Source: a virus
Strand: one strand, 5' to 3'
Virus record (IMG/VR): IMGVR_UViG_3300042197_000642
Location: 31,796 to 95,795 of that record
DNA: 64,000 nucleotides
Positions 58,706-64,000 of this stretch are shown piece after piece. The position numbers and the translations under genes were made by a program. A model generated the notes under the pieces. It worked only from the letters and a program-made list of their open reading frames with translations, ran no database searches and was not told the origin of the DNA. Position 1 is the stretch's first letter. Each line of letters opens with the position of its first letter.

Positions 58706-59332
58706 TTAATCTACTTTAATAAGATCTTTGTTACTGTTGTAGTACTCATCATGGAACTCTGGAACCACGACCTTAGAAGGAGTGTGGTGCCAGAAAGAAG
58801 ACAAGGTATACCTAATGGTTTTTTTAATTTCGGTTACCCCATGTTCATGAATCTCATCTCCTGGGTGAACGGCTAACATGCCAGCTTTAGGAGTTATGTA
58901 GTGATTAAACTTTGGATAGTAAGTTTGACCCCCTTCATAATCATCATTTAAATAGATTATCACTCCATATTTACGATGTGAGTTCCAAGAGTTTTCTTCC
59001 CCTAGACCCTTCATATCATCCCAGTGTGTAGGTTGAGATAGACCTACAGGCCACCTAACTAGATCTATGCTGTCTGGAAATGTAGGTAAATCTAGATCAT
59101 ATTGAGATACAAGTTTTTTTCTTATTCTAGGAAATATTTCATGCCTTATTAAGGAGTAAGCAGGTTTACTTACTAAACTTAATTGAGGAAGGTGTATTAC
59201 ACGTCCCTGCCAGAAAGGATGAGTATTCTCTAAATTCCACTGCTCTTCAGTTATAGATATAGCAGCATTAACTAATACGTAGGTTTCATCCTTAGATAAG
59301 AAGTCCTCTACAGTGGAGGCTTTAAACTCCAT
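58706..59332 (-). CDS. 2OG-Fe(II) oxygenase, prolyl-4-hydroxylase-like
   Basis: EDFLS..E, HWD, YLNDDYEGG, HGV, RYT...FW. Confidence 0.85.
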   Translation of the reverse strand: MEFKASTVEDFLSKDETYVLVNAAISITEEQWNLENTHPFWQGRVIHLPQLSLVSKPAYSLIRHEIFPRIRKKLVSQYDLDLPTFPDSIDLVRWPVGLSQPTHWDDMKGLGEENSWNSHRKYGVIIYLNDDYEGGQTYYPKFNHYITPKAGMLAVHPGDEIHEHGVTEIKKTIRYTLSSFWHHTPSKVVVPEFHDEYYNSNKDLIKVD

Positions 59333-59334
59333 GT

Positions 59335-59472
59335 CTACCTACAAGATGAGCAGTAGTTGTTAACCCGTATCTCTAAGGTAGTAACGCTAAATGTTCTAGC
59401 ACAATGAGCACATGTCACCATTACTAGTTTATTTCTAGACTTTACAATACCTCGTAATTTTGTTAAATTCAC
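59335..59472 (-). CDS. small zinc-ribbon protein (45 aa)
   Basis: CAHC...CSSC; GTG 6 nt after TAAGCT; not in track. Confidence 0.5.
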   Translation of the reverse strand: MNLTKLRGIVKSRNKLVMVTCAHCARTFSVTTLEIRVNNYCSSCR

Positions 59473-59513
59473 GGCGCAAGCTTATCAGATCCCGTCCGAT
59501 AGAGCAATAGGGG

Positions 59514-59690
59514 CTATCGTTTTAACCCTAGTCTAGTAGATATGAATTTAAAGGGAATCATTACTAAGCTCTTACCGCGCCAGGCAACCTCTACCACCAA
59601 ATAGCTCTTCTTTCCAATACCAGTCCATCTATAGTACCTAAAGATGCCAGTACGTCTATTGTGCTTTTCTACTATCGCTTCGATGTCCAT
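59514..59690 (-). CDS. small hypothetical protein (58 aa)
   Basis: ATG 6 nt after TAGAAT; not in track. Confidence 0.45.
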   Translation of the reverse strand: MDIEAIVEKHNRRTGIFRYYRWTGIGKKSYLVVEVAWRGKSLVMIPFKFISTRLGLKR

Positions 59691-59760
59691 CCCACCATTC
59701 TAGGCTACTGCCTCACTTTTTCACACTCAATGATGGTTGTCGCCTGCCGCCCACGCGGTC

Positions 59761-59836
59761 GGGCGTGTCGTTTAACCCCTACCCCCTCTCACAGGTATGT
59801 CCTATCCTTTACATGAGGAGTGCTTGCGCCTATACT
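59761..59836 (+). promoter_or_regulatory. early promoter module 1
   Basis: GGGCGTGTCGT; CTCACAGGTATGTCCTATCC; TTTACA-N17-TATACT. Confidence 0.6.
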
Positions 59837-59878
59837 CTTACCATTCACCTAATCGGGTGGATATATAGGGGGTTATAT

Positions 59879-59992
59879 ATGATTACTAAGACATGCGAGT
59901 ATTGCTTCACCAATACCGCTTATGTATCTAAACAAGGCATACCTGCTATGTGCGATAGTTGCATCGCTAAGAATTGGCAGGTGGCACGATGA
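59879..59992 (+). CDS. small zinc-finger protein
   Basis: MITKTCEYC...CDSC; AGGGGG RBS. Confidence 0.5.
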   Translation: MITKTCEYCFTNTAYVSKQGIPAMCDSCIAKNWQVAR

Positions 59993-60171
59993 ACACCACT
60001 TTTACCATTCCACAGGTGGGAGATGTTATTACCACACAGCGCAACGGACTGACTGGAATAGTTAAAGAAGTTGTGGCTAATAGGACTGGCACTTACCGCA
60101 TTAGATACCAACACCCTACACAGGGCATGCTATGGACTACCTATGACCCACGCAAGGAGGTAAAGGCATGA
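59989..60171 (+). CDS. small SH3/KOW-like beta protein
   Basis: QVGDVI...GLTGIVKEV; ATGA-coupled. Confidence 0.5.
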   Translation: MNTTFTIPQVGDVITTQRNGLTGIVKEVVANRTGTYRIRYQHPTQGMLWTTYDPRKEVKA

Positions 60172-60446
60172 TGACTAGAAAGGACTTTCAGGCGATTGCT
60201 TCTATCCTTAAAACACCGCTTGAGTCTATCCGCAAGGCTAAACTCTATAACGACCTAGAGGATAAAGACCGCTCTTATCGTGATTGGTTAGATGGGCGAG
60301 GCATGATGATATATGAGTTAGTAGCTGAGTTCAGTTATTACTTTGAGCAAGTAAACCCTGCTTTCGATAGAGCGCGGTTTTATAAAGAATGTGGCATTGA
60401 GCCAAACTTTAAGGTAAACTCAGACAAACTACAGGGGGTAAAGTAA
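60168..60446 (+). CDS. conserved small phage protein
   Basis: MTRKDFQAIA...NPAFDRARF..ECG; AAGGAGG RBS. Confidence 0.65.
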   Translation: MMTRKDFQAIASILKTPLESIRKAKLYNDLEDKDRSYRDWLDGRGMMIYELVAEFSYYFEQVNPAFDRARFYKECGIEPNFKVNSDKLQGVK

Positions 60447-60625
60447 TGATGTTTTACAATGGCTTTAATCTGATGATAGACCTAATTATCGTGGGTCTAG
60501 CAGGATTAGCATGTAGGCACTACTGGCTCAGGGGTTATGGCGCTGGACAGTATGACCTTCAGGAACACTGGGATAATAAAGCCGATTACTGGCTGGCACA
60601 GGAGCGCGAACATGAAAACAATTAA
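60446..60625 (+). CDS. small membrane protein (59 aa)
   Basis: MMFYNGFNLMIDLIIVGLAGL...; TAATG-coupled; not in track. Confidence 0.5.
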   Translation: MMFYNGFNLMIDLIIVGLAGLACRHYWLRGYGAGQYDLQEHWDNKADYWLAQEREHENN

Positions 60626-60794
60626 CGCCAAGAAACTCAATGACCGCATGCTCAATGAATACATGAAAGATAAAGACCGCAGGTTTTGTCAGGACTGCCG
60701 AGTTCTAACAGATGTGTTAGATATGTGGGTTCAGTATTATGTCAATGGTCTTTACGGATACACATGTAATGACTGCGCCAAGCCTAAGACTTAG
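60612..60794 (+). CDS. small zinc-finger protein
   Basis: CQDC...CNDC; AGGAG RBS before ATG 60612. Confidence 0.5.
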   Translation: MKTINAKKLNDRMLNEYMKDKDRRFCQDCRVLTDVLDMWVQYYVNGLYGYTCNDCAKPKT

Positions 60795-60848
60795 CCCCCG
60801 CTAAGAAGGGGAGCGGGTCTTGACTTTTATTCACCCGCTCTTCTATTC

Positions 60849-60886
60849 GAGTTCCCGCGTTGCCTCCTATCGGCGCGGGAGCTTTT
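60849..60886 (+). terminator. intrinsic terminator (second of two hairpins)
   Basis: GTTCCCGCG...CGCGGGAGC-TTTT. Confidence 0.7.
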
Positions 60887-60948
60887 GTTTGTGTCGGGGT
60901 GGCTGGGTGGGGTGGGGGGCCGTGCAGCTAAGTGGCTCCAACACAAAC
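60887..60948. repeat. spaced inverted repeat GTTTGTGTYGG...CCAACACAAAC (pair 1)
   Basis: Arms at 60887-60897 (one mismatch) and 60938-60948. Confidence 0.75.
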
Positions 60949-60961
60949 TCCCCCCGCGCTC

Positions 60962-61036
60962 GGGCGTGTCGTCCGGGATTGCCAGGGCTCACAGATTCGT
61001 CCTACCCTTGAGAGTTGAGAGTGCTAGGCATATTAT
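60962..61036 (+). promoter_or_regulatory. early promoter module 2
   Basis: GGGCGTGTCGT; CTCACAGATTCGTCCTACCC; TTGAGA-N17-TATTAT. Confidence 0.6.
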
Positions 61037-61064
61037 TAGCGCACCTACTACGAAGGGGGTTAAA

Positions 61065-62063
61065 ATGGCTCACAACTTAGAGAGATTCGGCTCTGATGTT
61101 GCTTTTGCTACGCGGGAGATTCCCGCATGGCATGGGCTAGGGCAAGTGTTCTCAGGTGAGGTATCTACATCTGAAATGCTAAGCCTTGCACACTTAAACG
61201 GATGGAATGTTCGTTTATCTCCACTATCTACAAGCGCACCAAGCGCTAAACCTTATTTTGAGGTTATCCGCACTAATCCATCAACTAACGCCGATGAGGT
61301 ATTGGCTGTAGTTGGTGACCGCTATCGTGTATTGCAGAATGAAGAATTGTTTCAATTCGGCGATGCAATTCTAGATGGTGGCGCACAATGGGAAACCGCA
61401 GGCTCAATTAAAAAGGGCACTACTGTATTCGGCTCATTACTTATCAATAGAGAATTCACCCTTGACCCACAAGGCGCAAGCGATACAACTAAAACTTATC
61501 TGCTAGTGAACTCTTCACATGATGGTTCTTGCTCCGTGCGTGCTAGTGTTACGCCTGTTAGAGTTGTTTGCCAGAATACGCTTAATCTAGCATTACGCTC
61601 TGTTAAGCAATCATTCACAATTCGCCACACCACTAACCTAACCCAGCGTGCAAGCCAAGCACGCCAAGCGCTAGGCTTAACATTCTCATACATGGATGAA
61701 TTCGAGGTATTAGCGGGTCAATTATTCGAGGCTAAAGTTAGCCAAGATGACTTTCGCAAGATGTTAGATGTCGTTTATCCAATCGACATTGCTAATGCTA
61801 AGCAATCTCAGATAACCAAGCGCGATAACAAGATCGATTTCTTGATGGCGCTATGGCTAAACTCTCCTACTATGGAGACAATCAAGGGCACCGCGTGGGG
61901 CGCACTTAACGCAATCACTGAGCGTTTGGATTACTTCCGCGATTCCCGCACATCTTCAAATGGCACTGAAGGTATTCAATCCGCAGCAAGCGGTTTCGAA
62001 CCAGCGATGAACGCTGAAAAAGCGCGGGTGTTAAATATCATCCGAGACAAGGTAGGTGTCTAA
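61065..62063 (+). CDS. DUF932 / LGT_TIGR03299-family protein
   Basis: MAHNL...PAWHGLG, VGDRYRVLQNEE.F.F, ETAGS.K.G, NSSHDGS, TPVRVVCQNTL, GTAWGALNA.TE..D; start 61065 after GAAGGGGG. Confidence 0.9.
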   Translation: MAHNLERFGSDVAFATREIPAWHGLGQVFSGEVSTSEMLSLAHLNGWNVRLSPLSTSAPSAKPYFEVIRTNPSTNADEVLAVVGDRYRVLQNEELFQFGDAILDGGAQWETAGSIKKGTTVFGSLLINREFTLDPQGASDTTKTYLLVNSSHDGSCSVRASVTPVRVVCQNTLNLALRSVKQSFTIRHTTNLTQRASQARQALGLTFSYMDEFEVLAGQLFEAKVSQDDFRKMLDVVYPIDIANAKQSQITKRDNKIDFLMALWLNSPTMETIKGTAWGALNAITERLDYFRDSRTSSNGTEGIQSAASGFEPAMNAEKARVLNIIRDKVGV

Positions 62064-62076
62064 CCTACAAAGCTTC

Positions 62077-62106
62077 AAAGCCTCCGCAGCCAGCGGGGGC
62101 TTTTTT
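62077..62106 (+). terminator. intrinsic terminator
   Basis: AAAGCCTCCGC-AGCCA-GCGGGGGCTTTTTT. Confidence 0.8.
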
Positions 62107-62121
62107 GCTTTATCCCGAATT

Positions 62122-62208
62122 GTTTGTGTTGGTGTCTTGGTTTTTGGTGGTTCCTTGGAATCTTGGATGGCGCAATGCAATGGAGCCAGTAAAGATTCCA
62201 ACACAAAC
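62122..62208. repeat. spaced inverted repeat (pair 2)
   Basis: GTTTGTGTTGG at 62122-62132; CCAACACAAAC at 62198-62208. Confidence 0.8.
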
Positions 62209-62277
62209 ATTGGCTAATCTGATAGTCCCATTTGATTGTAGGAGAGAGAGTGCCGGCGCCTGGATCCAGATCTGACA

Positions 62278-62327
62278 GCTCTCAGCTGCGTCCTACCCTT
62301 GACTTTGAGAGTATTGAAGAGTTTAAT
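62278..62327 (+). promoter_or_regulatory. early promoter module 3
   Basis: CTCTCAGCTGCGTCCTACCC; TTGACT-N17-TTTAAT. Confidence 0.6.
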
Positions 62328-62359
62328 TCGTTTACCACTAATTGAAAGGGGGGCTAACT

Positions 62360-62524
62360 ATGGACGACCCACGTCTATGGATGGCAGAAGTATACCGAGC
62401 AGTAAGAAATCAACCCAACCTTAAAACCGAGTTCAACCAACAGATAAACAGTTGCGAAGGTCCTGACCACGCAATTCAAATCTGCAAGAAGTTCCTAATG
62501 CTTGCTTCCGTGAGCAAGGCTTAA
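62360..62524 (+). CDS. small hypothetical protein
   Basis: MDDPRLW... after GAAAGGGGGG. Confidence 0.5.
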   Translation: MDDPRLWMAEVYRAVRNQPNLKTEFNQQINSCEGPDHAIQICKKFLMLASVSKA

Positions 62525-62525
62525 C

Positions 62526-62693
62526 ATGTGTAATTGTATAGTTCATCATCCAGATCTACAAAGCGAGGACTGGCAAATTGCTTTAAGTAATTTGCGTCAA
62601 ACTATTGACCATGGCGACGGTAATCTAATACCATTACTTGCAGAACAAGTGTTTGGCAATTGCCCTAGTAGAACGGATAAAGTAAATGGGTAA
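62526..62693 (+). CDS. small hypothetical protein (55 aa)
   Basis: MCNCIVHHPDLQ...; fills the gap between coupled genes; not in track. Confidence 0.4.
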   Translation: MCNCIVHHPDLQSEDWQIALSNLRQTIDHGDGNLIPLLAEQVFGNCPSRTDKVNG

Positions 62694-62901
62694 AATGAAA
62701 GATATCGTAATGGATATCATGGCTTACGAGTCAGGGGAAATGAACGAGCAAGAAATCCTTGACTTCTTTCAGTATCTAGTAGATACTAAACTAGTATGGC
62801 AATTACAAGGACACTACGGAAGAACCGCTACCGCCCTAATAGAAACTGGAGCAATAAGTGATAACACTAACACACACAGTAACACTCAAGACAACGATTG
62901 A
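62686..62901 (+). CDS. conserved small phage protein
   Basis: IMAYESGE...FQYLVDT.LVWQLQGHYGRTA..LIE.G. Confidence 0.65.
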   Translation: MGKMKDIVMDIMAYESGEMNEQEILDFFQYLVDTKLVWQLQGHYGRTATALIETGAISDNTNTHSNTQDND

Positions 62902-63076
62902 CGAAACCAAAGCGCCTAAGGATATGCTTGAGCGTTTGTATAAAGTAGATAGCGAAGACTTGCCAAGACTTCTAAATGTTGTCTTCCTAGCAACAGCAGA
63001 GAAGTTAAAGGTGTTTGAGAAGATGAACGAGCACAACAGTTACGCAACTGTCGAGCCAGTATTGGAGACACTATGA
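62858..63076 (+). CDS. hypothetical protein
   Basis: ORF track; GGAG RBS. Confidence 0.45.
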   Translation: MITLTHTVTLKTTIDETKAPKDMLERLYKVDSEDLPRLLNVVFLATAEKLKVFEKMNEHNSYATVEPVLETL

Positions 63077-63432
63077 ACCCTAAGTGCGCAGATATAATCG
63101 ACGCAGACATCAAGAACACCGAGGACTATCTCTCAGGCTTATTAGATAGGCTTGAGGGAGATACCTTAGATGATGAACGTGATGAGGTAGTAGCCCAACT
63201 GGACGAGTTCGCCGCGGGTGTAGAGAAGTACAATGTGATAAGACTAGTACTCTCAGGCGGAGGACCATCATCATTCATAGATGTTCTATATACACCGTAT
63301 GGTGATATTCAGAATATTGCATACCACTACCAAGATTGGTACGACGGAGCGGTCAAATTACTACCGAAGAGTTCCCCAATATGGCAATACGCAGAGGGTC
63401 AACTGGAGGGACACATAATCTTATCTACATAG
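63073..63432 (+). CDS. conserved hypothetical phage protein
   Basis: LSGGGPS...YHYQDWYDGA motif. Confidence 0.6.
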   Translation: MNPKCADIIDADIKNTEDYLSGLLDRLEGDTLDDERDEVVAQLDEFAAGVEKYNVIRLVLSGGGPSSFIDVLYTPYGDIQNIAYHYQDWYDGAVKLLPKSSPIWQYAEGQLEGHIILST

Positions 63433-63467
63433 GGTGGGTAAGCACGAGGCATAGTGGAGCCTCACAA

Positions 63468-63504
63468 GAAAGGCCGGCTACCTGTCAAGCCGGCCTTTCG
63501 CTTT
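63468..63504 (+). terminator. intrinsic terminator
   Basis: GAAAGGCCGGCT...AGCCGGCCTTTC. Confidence 0.8.
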
Positions 63505-63526
63505 GTCAGGACTAGCAAGCGCGAGA

Positions 63527-63601
63527 GTTTGTGTTGGTTGCCGACCGCTTGCTGCGCTCGCTACCGGCTACCAATAGGGGAGGATAAAATCCAACACAAA
63601 C
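63527..63601. repeat. spaced inverted repeat (pair 3)
   Basis: GTTTGTGTTGG at 63527-63537; CCAACACAAAC at 63591-63601. Confidence 0.8.
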
Positions 63602-63650
63602 AAATGCTGAGATAGAGGTTTAAATTGGAGTATAGGGGGAGAGTGCGGCA

Positions 63651-63701
63651 GCTCTCAGGTTTGTCCTACCCTTGCTAATATCGTATTTGAGAGAGTAAAG
63701 T
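63651..63701 (+). promoter_or_regulatory. early promoter module 4
   Basis: CTCTCAGGTTTGTCCTACCC; TTGCTA-N18-TAAAGT. Confidence 0.6.
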
Positions 63702-63722
63702 GCGCTAACGAAGGGAGAGTGT

Positions 63723-64000
63723 ATGGACACACTACGCAAGAAAGAACTCTTTACGGAACTAATGACCGCTATGGAGTTGTATGACCTAAAGTCAGATGAG
63801 CCAGTAGTTTTATCACTACAAGGCTTATCAGATAGCGGATACCGCGAAGCGGTAATCGCACAAGCCGTTCATCAAAGTGATGAGTGGCAAGCCAACCTAT
63901 GTATGGGCATTACTCGTGCCTATATGGAAGGGATACATAACGATAGCAACCATGAACCTAATGCTGACCAACTATCAGGACTAGCACTCGCTATCTACCT
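63723..64000 (+). CDS. hypothetical protein (runs off window edge)
   Basis: MDTLRKKELFTELM... after GAAGGGAGAG; open to the end of the window. Confidence 0.55.
   Translation, partial: MDTLRKKELFTELMTAMELYDLKSDEPVVLSLQGLSDSGYREAVIAQAVHQSDEWQANLCMGITRAYMEGIHNDSNHEPNADQLSGLALAIY

Noticed and set aside
60885-61064. 60-aa N-terminal extension of the DUF932 ORF in the track
   Set aside because: It runs through the inverted repeat, G-tract and promoter; the family N-terminus MAH and a strong RBS place the start at 61065.
60887-63601. CRISPR-like or IS/MITE interpretation of the 11-bp repeats
   Set aside because: The repeats are short, inverted and kilobases apart; no cas or transposase genes were found and no target-site duplications were noticed.

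Overview
The window is 64 kb of a large, AT-rich tailed-phage genome with a contractile tail (myovirus). The host is probably an actinobacterium, inferred from a WhiB gene, PASTA domains, a CHAP endolysin and many apparently leaderless genes; a low-GC freshwater lineage is plausible but unproven. Bases 1 to ~59,700 are almost all on the minus strand. Reading from right to left, that arm holds small basic proteins, AdoMet decarboxylase, 2OG-Fe(II) oxygenases, a membrane/lysis cluster, an accessory fibre operon, then terminase, portal, scaffold, capsid, neck, collagen-like and other fibres, a glycosyltransferase, sheath, tube, tape measure, baseplate, and finally the replication genes (initiator-like, DnaC-like loader, DnaB-like helicase). 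One plus-strand island encodes a secreted lytic transglycosylase and WhiB. After ~59,750 the genes switch to the plus strand (early-type genes, DUF932) and are organised in repeated terminator / inverted-repeat / promoter modules. The most notable observations are: (1) a six-gene operon in which a PASTA + Pro-x-Phe-repeat fibre-tip protein ends in a Hint domain that lacks the usual +1 splicing residue (...HNK-stop), next to a prolyl-hydroxylase-like enzyme and a small peptide carrying the same GPYFG motif; (2) three tandem Lys-rich peptides that each start with the HypB-type metal-binding motif MCxxCGC, two of them missing from the ORF track; (3) an 11-bp motif arranged as spaced inverted pairs before the early promoters; (4) a candidate anti-Shine-Dalgarno sRNA upstream of terminase; (5) a probable +1 frameshift (UUU CGA) in the tail chaperone. 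All family assignments come from reading motifs by eye; no database searches were run.
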